The notes beneath the pieces are model-generated. The model ran no database searches. It worked only from the letters and a program-made list of their open reading frames with translations, and had not been told where the DNA came from. The position numbers and the translations under genes were made by a program. A DNA stretch of 64,000 bases, taken from contig CAWGXN010000003.1 of NCBI GenBank assembly GCA_963826605.1, forward strand, positions 115,109 through 179,108, written 5' to 3'. The DNA comes from an uncultured Alphaproteobacteria bacterium (GTDB lineage Bacteria; Pseudomonadota; Alphaproteobacteria; MPNO01; DASWLB01). Every line of letters begins with the position of its first letter. Positions within the stretch are counted from its first letter, which is position 1. Positions 37,779 through 46,932 of the stretch are shown here, in pieces.

Positions 37779-38861
37779 ATGGAATTCGGCTACTTCACGC
37801 TCAGCGACAATTTCTACCTGAACAACAGGCGCGACCCGAACCGCTTCATCGCCGACATCGTCGACGAGGCGATCCATGCCGACCGGCTGGGGATGAACTC
37901 GGCCTGGATCGGCGAGCATCACTTCTCGACGCTGGGCGTGCTGTCCTGCCCCGACATCGTGCTGGCGAACGTCGCGGCGCAGACCAGGCACATCCGCCTC
38001 GCGCCCGCCGTCACCGTGCTGCCGCTGCACCACCCGATCCGTGTCGCCGAGCAATGGGCGTCGCTCGACATGCTGTCGGGCGGGCGCGTCGATTTTGCCG
38101 CCGGGCGCGGCTATGACCGGCGCGAGTACGGCCCGCTCGGCCATGGCGATCTGTTCGAAGACAACGCTTCGGTGTTCGCCGAGGGGCTCGACGTGCTGAA
38201 GGGGCTGTGGGCCGGCCGGGGGCCGATGAGCCACCATGGCAAGTATTACGACTTCGACGACATCCAGATCACCCCTCAGCCGGTGCAGAAGCCGATCCCG
38301 ATCTACGTCGCCTGCTTCTCGCGCCCGTCGGTCGAGCTGGCCGCCCGGCTCGGCCTCAACATCCTGGTCGCGCCGTTCGCCACGGCGATGGCGTTCGGCG
38401 GGCTGAAGGAGGTGAACGACATCTATTCCGAGGCATGCGTGAAGGCGGGCCACAAGCCCGGCCGGCTGATGTGCAGCTATTTCACCCATTTCGCCGACAA
38501 CGCGCAGACCGAGCGCGCCGCGCGCAAGCGCCAGCTCCGCTATTTCCAGGAATGCGTCGTGCCGGCGCTGCCGGGCGACCCCAAGACGGCGCCGCCGACC
38601 TACCGCTACTTCGTCGGCATGGTCGAGAACCTGAACAAGATGAAGCCCGAGAACCTCACCGACAACTCGGTGCTGCTCGGCTCGCCCGACCACATGATGG
38701 AGACCATCGCCAAGGCCGAGCGCGCCGGCGTTGCGGAGATCATCCTCTACTTCAACGTGGGGCTGAAGCCGCACAACCAGGTGAAGGACGAGATGGCTCG
38801 CTTCATGGAGGAGGTCGCGCCCGCCTTCAAGGGCAAGCACCTCAAGCGCCGCGCGGCGTAG
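37779..38861 (+). CDS. LLM-class flavin-dependent oxidoreductase (second copy, distinct subfamily)
   Basis: MEFGYFTLSDNFY..AWIGEHHFSTLGV..LAPAVTVLPLHHPIRVAEQWASLDMLSGGRVDFAAGRGY... Intact, 360 aa. Confidence 0.85.
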   Translation: MEFGYFTLSDNFYLNNRRDPNRFIADIVDEAIHADRLGMNSAWIGEHHFSTLGVLSCPDIVLANVAAQTRHIRLAPAVTVLPLHHPIRVAEQWASLDMLSGGRVDFAAGRGYDRREYGPLGHGDLFEDNASVFAEGLDVLKGLWAGRGPMSHHGKYYDFDDIQITPQPVQKPIPIYVACFSRPSVELAARLGLNILVAPFATAMAFGGLKEVNDIYSEACVKAGHKPGRLMCSYFTHFADNAQTERAARKRQLRYFQECVVPALPGDPKTAPPTYRYFVGMVENLNKMKPENLTDNSVLLGSPDHMMETIAKAERAGVAEIILYFNVGLKPHNQVKDEMARFMEEVAPAFKGKHLKRRAA

Positions 38862-38955
38862 CGCCCCGTACCGGCTCATCGCGCGGCGCCGGTGCAGCGG
38901 CAGCGGATGCTGGTGTGCCGCAGACCCGGGCGAAATCAGCGTCCTGAATGCCTAA

Positions 38956-39075
38956 CCGTTCGTCCTGAGGAGCGGCTTGGCGAAGCCAAGGCGCGTCTCG
39001 AAGGACGAAGCCATCGAGATCGTGCCACGTCCGCCCTTCGAGACGCCCGCTGCGCGGGCTCCTCAGGGCGAACGG
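38956..39075. repeat. Palindromic REP/MITE-like element, family A, copy 2
   Basis: CCGTTCGTCCTGAGGAGCG..GCGCGTCTCGAAGGACGAAGCC..GAGATCGTGCC..CGCCCTTCGAGACGC..GCTCCTCAGGGCGAACGG. Confidence 0.75.
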
Positions 39076-39118
39076 AATTCAGGGGCGGTCGCGTTCAATG
39101 GTGACGTCACCCTCCCAC

Positions 39119-39240
39119 TTGTCATGCCGGGCGCGGCGCAGCGCGCAGCGGTGCGGCGCAGACCCGGGACCCATCCCTCCGCACCCGTGAGCCGGCGCAA
39201 TGGGCCCCGGATCGCCGCCGAGCGGCGTCCAGGGTGACAG
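39119..39240. repeat. Palindromic REP/MITE-like element, family B, second copy
   Basis: TTGTCATGCCGGGCGCGGCGCAG...GACCCGGGACCC ... GGGCCCCGGATCGCC...CCAGGGTGACAG. It lies directly beside the family A copy. Confidence 0.55.
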
Positions 39241-39246
39241 CAGTGA

Positions 39247-40554
39247 TTACAGAATGAACTTCGACAGGTCGGTGTCCTTGGCGAGGCCGGCGACGGTGTC
39301 GCGCACATAGGCGGCGTCGATGGTGACGGTCTCGCCGCCGCGGTCCGAGGCGGTGAAGCTCACCTCCTCGAGCAGCCGCTCCATCACCGTGTGCAGGCGG
39401 CGCGCGCCGATATTCTCGACCGAGCCGTTCACCTCGGCGGCGACGCGCGCGATCTCGGCGATGCCGTCGTCGGTGAAGACAAGCGTCACGCTCTCGGTCG
39501 CGAGCAGCGCGATGTACTGCTTGATCAGGCTCGCCTCGGGCTCGGTCAGGATGCGGCGGAAGTCGTCCTCGGTCAGCGCCTTGAGCTCGACCCGGATCGG
39601 CAGCCGGCCCTGCAGCTCGGGCAGCAGGTCCGACGGCTTGGCGAGGTGGAACGCGCCCGACGCGATGAACAATATATGGTCGGTCTTGACCTGGCCGTGC
39701 TTGGTCGCGACCTGCGTCCCCTCGATCAGCGGCAGCAGGTCGCGCTGCACGCCCTCGCGGCTCACATCGGCGCCCTGGCGCTCGGACCGCGCGGTGATCT
39801 TGTCGATTTCGTCGAGAAACACGATGCCGTTCTGCTCGACCGCCTCGATGGCGGCGCGGTTCACCTTCTCCTGGTCGAGCAGCTTGTCCGACTCCTCGGC
39901 GACCAGCAGGCCGTGCGATTGTTCCACGGTAATGCGCCGCTTGGTCGTGCGGCCGCCGAATGCCTTGCCGAACATCTCGCCCAGATTGATCACGCCCATC
40001 TGCGCGCCGGGCATGCCGGGGATTTCGAAGGTCGGCATGCCGCCGCTGGCGTCCGCCACCTCGACCTCGATCTCCTTGTCGTCGAGCTCGCCCGCCCGCA
40101 GCATCTGGCGGAACTTGCGCCGCGTGTCGGGAGAGGCGCCGGGTCCGACCAGCGCGTCGAGCACGCGCTCCTCGGCCTGCTGCTCGGCCTTGGCGGTAAC
40201 CTCCTTGCGCATGCGCTCGCGCGTCATGCTCATCGAGATCTCGACCAGGTCGCGCACGATCTGCTCGACGTCGCGCCCGACATAGCCGACCTCGGTGAAC
40301 TTGGTCGCCTCGACCTTGAGAAACGGGGCCTGGGCGAGGCGGGCGAGCCGGCGCGCGATCTCGGTCTTGCCGACGCCGGTCGGGCCGATCATCAGGATGT
40401 TCTTGGGCAGCACCTCCTCGCGCAGCCCTTCGTCGAGTTGCAGCCGCCGCCAGCGGTTGCGCAGCGCGATGGCCACGGCGCGCTTGGCGTCGTGCTGGCC
40501 GACGATGTAGCGGTCGAGCTCGGAGACGATTTCGCGGGGGGAAAAGCTGGTCAC
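39247..40554 (-). CDS. hslU: ATP-dependent protease ATPase subunit HslU
   Basis: Intact 435-aa [35 protein letters not shown], Walker [16 protein letters not shown], and [10 protein letters not shown]. Confidence 0.97.
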   Translation of the reverse strand: MTSFSPREIVSELDRYIVGQHDAKRAVAIALRNRWRRLQLDEGLREEVLPKNILMIGPTGVGKTEIARRLARLAQAPFLKVEATKFTEVGYVGRDVEQIVRDLVEISMSMTRERMRKEVTAKAEQQAEERVLDALVGPGASPDTRRKFRQMLRAGELDDKEIEVEVADASGGMPTFEIPGMPGAQMGVINLGEMFGKAFGGRTTKRRITVEQSHGLLVAEESDKLLDQEKVNRAAIEAVEQNGIVFLDEIDKITARSERQGADVSREGVQRDLLPLIEGTQVATKHGQVKTDHILFIASGAFHLAKPSDLLPELQGRLPIRVELKALTEDDFRRILTEPEASLIKQYIALLATESVTLVFTDDGIAEIARVAAEVNGSVENIGARRLHTVMERLLEEVSFTASDRGGETVTIDAAYVRDTVAGLAKDTDLSKFIL

Positions 40555-40558
40555 CGGA

Positions 40559-41104
40559 CTACAGGCTCTCGATGGTCAGGAAGCTGTTGGTGTAGATGCA
40601 GATATTGGCGGCGATGCCCATCGCCTTGCGCGCGATCGCCTCGGCCTCCATGCCGTCGACGTCGACCAGCGCGCGCGCGGCGGCGAGCGCGTAGGGGCCG
40701 CCCGAGCCGATGCCGATCAGCCCGTCCTCGGGCTCCAGCACGTCGCCGGTACCGGTCAGCACCAGCGAGGTCCGCTTGTCGGCGACCGCCATCATCGCTT
40801 CCAGCCGGCGGAGGTAGCGGTCGGTGCGCCAGTCCTTGGCGAGCTCGACGCAGGCCCGGGTGATCTGGCCGGGATACTGCTCCAGCTTGGCTTCCAGCCG
40901 CTCGAACAGGGTGAAGGCGTCGGCGGTGGCGCCGGCGAAGCCCGCGATCACCTTGCCGTCGCCCAGCGGGCGCACCTTGCGCGCGTTCGACTTCATCACG
41001 GTGTTGCCGACGGTGACCTGGCCATCGCCGGCCACGACCACGGTGCCGCCCTTGCGGACGGAAAGGATGGTCGTGCCGTGCCAGTCGGTGAGGGTCTCGG
41101 GCGT
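40559..41104 (-). CDS. hslV: ATP-dependent protease peptidase subunit HslV (no canonical start codon visible)
   Basis: ..[38 protein letters not shown].. ends 4 nt before hslU. The only SD-positioned codon is ACG at 41104, with GGAGA 6 nt upstream. Confidence 0.88.
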   Translation of the reverse strand, partial: TPETLTDWHGTTILSVRKGGTVVVAGDGQVTVGNTVMKSNARKVRPLGDGKVIAGFAGATADAFTLFERLEAKLEQYPGQITRACVELAKDWRTDRYLRRLEAMMAVADKRTSLVLTGTGDVLEPEDGLIGIGSGGPYALAAARALVDVDGMEAEAIARKAMGIAANICIYTNSFLTIESL

Positions 41105-41230
41105 GGGTCGTCTCCGGATGGAGGGGTCGCGCCGGCGCGCCGGCCGGCGGAGGCGTCCCCCAAATGTGGCCTCCCGGGGGCCGAGGTCAAGGGCGCTTGG
41201 CGGCCGCCCCGGGTGGTGGCAAAATGGGGC

Positions 41231-41623
41231 ATGGCAAGCGGATGGCGGATCGCGGCGGCGGCCCTGGCGCTCGCCGCCCTTGGCGCGGCGGCCCCGGCGC
41301 CGGCGCGCGCCCAGCAGCCCCAGGCGGTCGGCTGCCTCGCGGCCGGCAACTGCGGCACCAAGGGCACCACGCCGGGCGCGCGGCGCGACTACTGGTACAA
41401 CTGGATCTGCTCGGGCTGCCACACCGGGGCGACGGAGCCGCTCGCTCCCACCCCGCAGGAATACGCGCTGCTCCAGGTGCCCGTCCGCTTCTGGACCATG
41501 CATGCCGAGGCCACGCGTGACGGCGAGACGCGCATGCGCGCCGGCCAGCACGGGCTCAAGCCGCAGGGAAGCATCGCCGCGCCCTTCGTGGCCTTGATGC
41601 GCAACCGCCCGGCGCGACAATAG
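41231..41623 (+). CDS. Small secreted protein with one CXXCH motif (putative c-type cytochrome)
   Basis: Signal peptide [37 protein letters not shown] is a heme c attachment motif. Third codon positions are G/C-rich. Confidence 0.5.
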   Translation: MASGWRIAAAALALAALGAAAPAPARAQQPQAVGCLAAGNCGTKGTTPGARRDYWYNWICSGCHTGATEPLAPTPQEYALLQVPVRFWTMHAEATRDGETRMRAGQHGLKPQGSIAAPFVALMRNRPARQ

Positions 41624-41639
41624 CGCGCGCGACAGCCGA

Positions 41640-42200
41640 TCAGGCGGGGTCGAGCTCGGAATCCCAGTAGAGGAAGTCTCGCCAGCTCTCGTGCAGGAAG
41701 TTGGGCGGGAACAGCCGCCCGTGCTCCTGCAGCTCGCGGTTCGACGGCTGGCGCGGCGCGCGCTTCGGCTCCATGTCGCACTCGTCGGGCAGCTTGTCGC
41801 CCTTCTCCAGGTTGCAGACGGTGCAGGCGGTGACGACGTTCTCCCACGTCGTGTAGCCGCCGCGCGAGCGCGGGATCACATGGTCGAAGGTCAGCATGAT
41901 CGAAGGCTGGCCCACGCCGCAATACTGGCAGACGAAGCGGTCGCGCAGGAACACGTTGAACCGCGTGAAGGCCGGCCGGCGCGCCATCGGGATGTAGGAT
42001 TTCAGCGCGATCACGCTGGGCAGGCGCATCGAGATCGAGGGCGAGCGCACCTCGCGGTCATACTCGGAGATGATGTTCACCCGGTCGAGGAAGACCGCCT
42101 TCACCGCTTCCTGCCAGGGCCACAGCGAAAGCGGGAAGTAGCTGAGCGGCCGGAAATCGGCGTTCAGGACCAGGGCTGGGCAGTCTCCGGCGGTACTCAC
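41640..42200 (-). CDS. HNH endonuclease family protein
   Basis: Intact 186-aa [40 protein letters not shown] is the HNH/zinc-finger core. Confidence 0.85.
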   Translation of the reverse strand: MSTAGDCPALVLNADFRPLSYFPLSLWPWQEAVKAVFLDRVNIISEYDREVRSPSISMRLPSVIALKSYIPMARRPAFTRFNVFLRDRFVCQYCGVGQPSIMLTFDHVIPRSRGGYTTWENVVTACTVCNLEKGDKLPDECDMEPKRAPRQPSNRELQEHGRLFPPNFLHESWRDFLYWDSELDPA

Positions 42201-42303
42201 GGGCGCGGCTCCGGCGGTGATCTCTCCTGCGGCACGGGCGAGGGGAAGTTAACCCGCTGCTACGATTTGCACAATGGCCGGGGATCGCGACGGTTCCGTG
42301 AAG

Positions 42304-43284
42304 CTAGTCCAGATCGAAGGCCGCGACGACCGGGGCGTGGTACGAGCCGGGGCCGGGATGGGCACGCGCCGCCGCGCTCGCCTCGTCCTCCAGCCGCTCG
42401 TTATGGACCTCGAGCGCCTGGTAGCGGCCGAACAAGGCGGGCGAGACCAGCAGGTGGTCGAGCATCACCGCCCGCCCGCCATGCAGCACGGTGTAGCGCC
42501 GCGTCTCCGGCAGGGTGCGCTCCAGCGGCACCAGCGCCCGAGTCGCGAGATGACGGTTTCCGGTGTCGTCGGGGTCGGCGCGCAGGATTCGCAACGGCAT
42601 TTCGCGCAGTTCTGCGTTCATGTCGCCGCACACCACGATCATCGCCGCCGGCTCGGCGTCGAGCAGCGCGTCGATCGCGAGCCGCGCCTCCAGCGCCTGG
42701 CCGGCCCGCTTGAGCGTGGCGAGGAAGAACCCCTCGGCCCAGGCGGCGGTCGTCCGCCAGACGAAGGCCGATTCCTTCGCGCCGGGGACGGCGGCGGCCA
42801 GCGGCGCGCGCAGATGCAGGTTGAAGACATGCACCGTCCGGCCGGGCGCCGCCTCGATCGCGGCGTGCAGCACCGGCCGCTCCCACGCGATGTCGGTTGC
42901 GCCGCCGGCGTCGAGATAGCGCCAGGGGAGGGGCGCCACACGGTCGTGCCAATACTGGCGGTGCGAGGCCATCGGCAGGCGCGAGAGGATCGCCAGGTTG
43001 TGCACGTCGAGCGGCCCGTGCCCGTCGCGCGCCAGCGAGACCGCGCGGTGATAGCCTTCGTAGCGCGTGGTCTCGATCAGCCGGTCGAGCGCGGCGAGGC
43101 GGCGCGGGCCGTGCGGGTCGTCCGGATCGTGGCGGGCGTGCACCTCCTGCACGCAGAGAACGTCGGCGGCCAGCCGCTCCAGCATCGGGCGCAGCGCCGC
43201 CACGCGGGCGGCGAACGGCGGTTCGTCCGCCCGGTCGTCCAGGCTCTCCAGGTTGAACGTGGCGATCCGCAGCGCGGCCATCAT
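42304..43284 (-). CDS. Endonuclease/exonuclease/phosphatase (EEP) family protein
   Basis: Intact 326-aa ORF with IATFNLESL, VLCVQEV, VVCGDMN and a C-terminal SYHAPV. Confidence 0.85.
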   Translation of the reverse strand: MMAALRIATFNLESLDDRADEPPFAARVAALRPMLERLAADVLCVQEVHARHDPDDPHGPRRLAALDRLIETTRYEGYHRAVSLARDGHGPLDVHNLAILSRLPMASHRQYWHDRVAPLPWRYLDAGGATDIAWERPVLHAAIEAAPGRTVHVFNLHLRAPLAAAVPGAKESAFVWRTTAAWAEGFFLATLKRAGQALEARLAIDALLDAEPAAMIVVCGDMNAELREMPLRILRADPDDTGNRHLATRALVPLERTLPETRRYTVLHGGRAVMLDHLLVSPALFGRYQALEVHNERLEDEASAAARAHPGPGSYHAPVVAAFDLD

Positions 43285-43347
43285 TCGGATATAGCACGAT
43301 CACAGGCGGCCCGTTGCGCCCGGCGCTGACCGGCCTATCTGGACACC

Positions 43348-44349
43348 ATGGCAGGACAACTCATCGACGGCTACTGGCGGCACGAGGCGAACTTTCCGAC
43401 CGACGCGAAGGGCGCGTTCGACCGGCCCGAATCCGATTTCCGCAACTGGATCACGCCGGACGGCGCGCCCGGCCCCTCGGGGGAGGGCGGATTCGAGGCC
43501 GAGCCGGGCCGCTATCACCTCTATGTCTCCTACGCCTGCCCATGGGCCAGTCGTGCGCTTGTCTTCCGCGCGCTCAAGGGGCTGGAGGAGATGGTGGGGC
43601 TCTCCGTGGTCGATCCGCTGATGCTGGAGAATGGCTGGGAGTTCAGCGAGAAACCCGGCTGCATTCCCGACACGGTGAACGGCTTCACCTATCTGCACCA
43701 GCTCTACACCAAGGCGGAGCCGGGCGTGAGCTGCCGGGCCGTCGTGCCGGTGCTGTGGGACAAGGCGCGATCGACGATCGTGAGCAACGAATCGTCCGAA
43801 ATCATCCGTATGTTCAACAGCGCGTTCGACGGTTGCGGCGCGCGGCCGGGCGACTACTACCCGAAGGCGCTGCGCGCGGAGATCGATGCGGTGAACGACC
43901 GCGTCTATCGTACCGTGAACAACGGCGTCTATCGCGCCGGCTTCGCCCGCAGCCAGAACGCCTACGAAAAGGCGTTCGGCGAGCTGTTCGACACGCTCGA
44001 CTGGCTGGATTCGCGGCTCGGGCGCCAGCGCTACCTGGCGGGCGGACGGATCACCGAGGCAGACTGGCGCCTGTTCACCACGCTGGTCCGGTTCGACCTG
44101 GTCTACCACACGCACTTCAAGTGCAACCGGCGCCGGCTGGTGGACTATCCCAGTCTTTGGGCCTACACGCGGGAGCTTTACCAGGTGCCGGGCATCGCGG
44201 GGACGGTGAATTTCGACCACATCCGGCGGCACTACTATGTCAGCCAGCCGCAGGTGAACCCCTCGCGCATCGTGGCGGTCGGGCCCGACCTCGACTTCGC
44301 CGCGCCGCATGGCCGCGAGCGCATCGGGACGCCCCAGGCGGCGCAGTAG
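43348..44349 (+). CDS. Xi-class GST / glutathionyl-hydroquinone reductase (YqjG-like)
   Basis: Intact 333-aa ORF. RYHLYVSYACPWASRALV carries the CPWA motif. The C-terminal FDHIRRHYYVSQ is typical of the family. Confidence 0.88.
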   Translation: MAGQLIDGYWRHEANFPTDAKGAFDRPESDFRNWITPDGAPGPSGEGGFEAEPGRYHLYVSYACPWASRALVFRALKGLEEMVGLSVVDPLMLENGWEFSEKPGCIPDTVNGFTYLHQLYTKAEPGVSCRAVVPVLWDKARSTIVSNESSEIIRMFNSAFDGCGARPGDYYPKALRAEIDAVNDRVYRTVNNGVYRAGFARSQNAYEKAFGELFDTLDWLDSRLGRQRYLAGGRITEADWRLFTTLVRFDLVYHTHFKCNRRRLVDYPSLWAYTRELYQVPGIAGTVNFDHIRRHYYVSQPQVNPSRIVAVGPDLDFAAPHGRERIGTPQAAQ

Positions 44350-44476
44350 CCCCCCGGAACCCCCTCCCCAACCCTTGGCGCCGCCGAACATGCCACTGGC
44401 ATGTCCGGGCCGGGCGTTGGGGTGAACGCCAGGCAGGCGCCAATCCCTCAAGGGGGGCCCCGCCCGGGGGTGACGG

Positions 44477-46807
44477 TCAGCTTGCTTTTTTGGCCGCCTG
44501 GATGGCCTGCCAGATGCGCTCGGGCGTCGCGGGCGGGTCGATGTGGCGGACGCCGAGATGCGACAGCGCGTCGACCACCGCGTTGATCACGCAGGGCAGG
44601 GCGCCCACCGTGCCGCCCTCGCCGGCGCCCTTGACGCCCAGCGGGTTGGTTGGCGTCGGCACGCAGTTCTCCTCGGCGGCGATGTCGCACAGATCGTCGG
44701 CGCGCGGCATGGCGTAGTCCATGAACGACCCGGTGACGAGCTGGCCGGCGCCGTCGTAGACCAGCTCCTCCATCAGCGCCTCGCCGACGCCCTGGGCGAT
44801 GCCGCCGATGATCTGGCCTTCCAGCAGCAGCGGGTTCAGCACCCGCCCCACATCGTCGACCACCGCGTACTTCACCAGCCGCGCCACGCCGGTGTCGGGG
44901 TCGATCTCCACCTCGCACACCTGGCAGCCGTTGGGGAAGTTCGACGTGTTGTTGGTGAAGGTCGCGGTCTCGTACAGGCCGGGCTCCATCCCCTTGGGCA
45001 GCTTGGGCGGGTCGAACGCCGCGTCGGCCACGTCGTCGAACGTCACCTTGCGGTCGGTGCCGGCGACGGTGAACACGCCGTCCTCGAGCACGATGTCGGC
45101 GTCCGCCGCTTCCAGCAGGTGCGCGGCAATCTGGCGCGCCTTGGCCTCGATCTTGCCGGCGGCCAGATGCACGGCCGAGCCCGCCATCGTCGCCGAGCGC
45201 GAGCCGCCGGTGCCGACGCCCCACGCCACCTTGTCCGTGTCGCCGTAGAGGTAGCGCACCCGCTCGGGCGCGATTCCCAGCCGGTCGCACAGCACCTGGA
45301 TGAAGGTCGTCTCGTGCCCCTGGCCGTGCGAAACCGCCCCGCAGACCAGCGTGACGTTGCCCGACGGGTCAAAGCGCAGCTCGGCCGTCTCCATCGCCTC
45401 GCCGCCGGCCGCCGCCTCGATGGTGGTCGACACGCCGATGCCGCGCAGCAGCCCGCGCTTCGCCAACTCCTCCTTGCGCGTGGCGAACCCCGTGTAGTCG
45501 GCAAGGTGCAGCGCGATGTCCATCGTCTTCGGGAAATCGCCCGAATCGTAGCGGAAGGTCAGCGCGGTCTTGTACGGGAACGAGCCGGCCGGGATCATGT
45601 TCTTGCGGCGCAGCTCGACCGGGTCGATGCCCAGCTCGTCGGCCGCGATGTCGACCAGCCGCTCGATCACCAGCGACGCCTCGGGCCGGCCCGCGCCGCG
45701 ATAGGGCGAGGTGGGCGTGGTGTTGGTCATCATGCCCGACACGGCGACATGCGCCGCCTCGAACGTGTAGACGCCGGCCAGCCCGCCGATATTGCTGGTG
45801 GGCGGGCCGGCGCCGCGGAACGAGACGACGGCGCCCAGGTTCGCGTCGGTCCTGACGCGCAGCGCCAGGAACCTGCCGTCGGCGTCGAGCGCCAGCTCGG
45901 CGTCGGTCACGTTGTCGCGCGCATGGTCGTCGGCGACGAACCCCTCGGTGCGGTCGGCGATCCAGCGCACCGGCCGGCCCACGCGGCGCGCCGCCCAGAC
46001 CACCAGGATCATCTCGGGATAGACCGAGCCGCGCAGCCCGAAGCTGCCGCCGATGTCGCCGGTGACCAGCCGCAGATCGGATTCGGGGATGTTCAGGATG
46101 CGCTCGGCGATGTTGCGGCGGAACAGGAAGGGCCGCTGCAGCCCGCAATAGAGCGTGTAGCGGCCCTCGCCGGGGTCCCATACGCCGACGGCGCCGCGCG
46201 GCTCCATCGGGTTCATCGCGACGCGCGGAATGCGGATGCGCTGGCGGACGACGTGCGCGGCCTTGGCGAAGGCGGCCTCGGTCGCCTTGGCGTCGCCGGC
46301 CTGGTGATAGATCGCCTCGTTGTCGGCGCAGTCTTCCCACAGCGACGGCGCGTCGGGCCCGTGCGCGTCGGGCGCGTCGGTCACCGCGGCCAGCGGCTCG
46401 TAGTCGATCTCGACGCGCTCGGCGGCGTCCCTGGCGGCGGCCATCGTCTCGGCGACCACCATGGCGACCGGCTGGCCGACATAGCGCACGATGTCCTGGG
46501 CCAGCGCCGGGCGCGGCGGGGTGTACATCGGCCGGCCGTCGCGCCGCTTGCGCGGCAGGTCGCAGGGGATGGAGCCGAGCCCGTCGGCGGCGTAGTCGGC
46601 CGGCGAGAGGACCGCCAGAACGCCCGGCATCTGGGATGCTGCGCGGCTGTCGACGGTGCGGATGCGGGCATGGGCGTGCGGCGAGCGGACGATGGCGGCA
46701 TGCGCCTCGCGCGGGAACGCCATGTCGTCGAGATAGCGCCCCTCGCCCCTCAGAAGGCGCGGATCCTCGCGCCTCGTGACGCCTTGTCCGATCGCGTACT
46801 CGCCCAT
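44477..46807 (-). CDS. Molybdopterin-binding subunit of a xanthine-dehydrogenase-family hydroxylase (CoxL form-II-like)
   Basis: Intact 776-aa ORF. The N-terminus is GQGVTRREDPRLLRGEGRYLDD. The PYRGAGR motif is form-II type, not the CODH form-I motif VAYRCSFR. Confidence 0.88.
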   Translation of the reverse strand: MGEYAIGQGVTRREDPRLLRGEGRYLDDMAFPREAHAAIVRSPHAHARIRTVDSRAASQMPGVLAVLSPADYAADGLGSIPCDLPRKRRDGRPMYTPPRPALAQDIVRYVGQPVAMVVAETMAAARDAAERVEIDYEPLAAVTDAPDAHGPDAPSLWEDCADNEAIYHQAGDAKATEAAFAKAAHVVRQRIRIPRVAMNPMEPRGAVGVWDPGEGRYTLYCGLQRPFLFRRNIAERILNIPESDLRLVTGDIGGSFGLRGSVYPEMILVVWAARRVGRPVRWIADRTEGFVADDHARDNVTDAELALDADGRFLALRVRTDANLGAVVSFRGAGPPTSNIGGLAGVYTFEAAHVAVSGMMTNTTPTSPYRGAGRPEASLVIERLVDIAADELGIDPVELRRKNMIPAGSFPYKTALTFRYDSGDFPKTMDIALHLADYTGFATRKEELAKRGLLRGIGVSTTIEAAAGGEAMETAELRFDPSGNVTLVCGAVSHGQGHETTFIQVLCDRLGIAPERVRYLYGDTDKVAWGVGTGGSRSATMAGSAVHLAAGKIEAKARQIAAHLLEAADADIVLEDGVFTVAGTDRKVTFDDVADAAFDPPKLPKGMEPGLYETATFTNNTSNFPNGCQVCEVEIDPDTGVARLVKYAVVDDVGRVLNPLLLEGQIIGGIAQGVGEALMEELVYDGAGQLVTGSFMDYAMPRADDLCDIAAEENCVPTPTNPLGVKGAGEGGTVGALPCVINAVVDALSHLGVRHIDPPATPERIWQAIQAAKKAS

Positions 46808-46932
46808 CTGCCCCTCCGTTGGCCGCCGCCCCTATACCATCCCGCGCCGGCCACTTGAAGTCCGGCCGGAACGGGGCATATGCATCGCTGTTTTGTTCGG
46901 GCCCGTGGGACGCGGCCCGCGGGGAAGAGATC

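Noticed and set aside
35385-38879. 1164-aa minus-strand ORF spanning yidC, engB, tusA, a REP region and the LLM gene
   Set aside because: It crosses several well-supported plus-strand genes and an intergenic repeat array. Its low-complexity R/G/A/H/P content makes it a shadow ORF.
41640-43284. HNH endonuclease + EEP nuclease as a defence or toxin system
   Set aside because: Both look like widely conserved single-gene housekeeping-type families in alphaproteobacteria. There is no methylase, ATPase, immunity partner or mobile-element context. The two genes are separated by about 100 bp and show no coupling.
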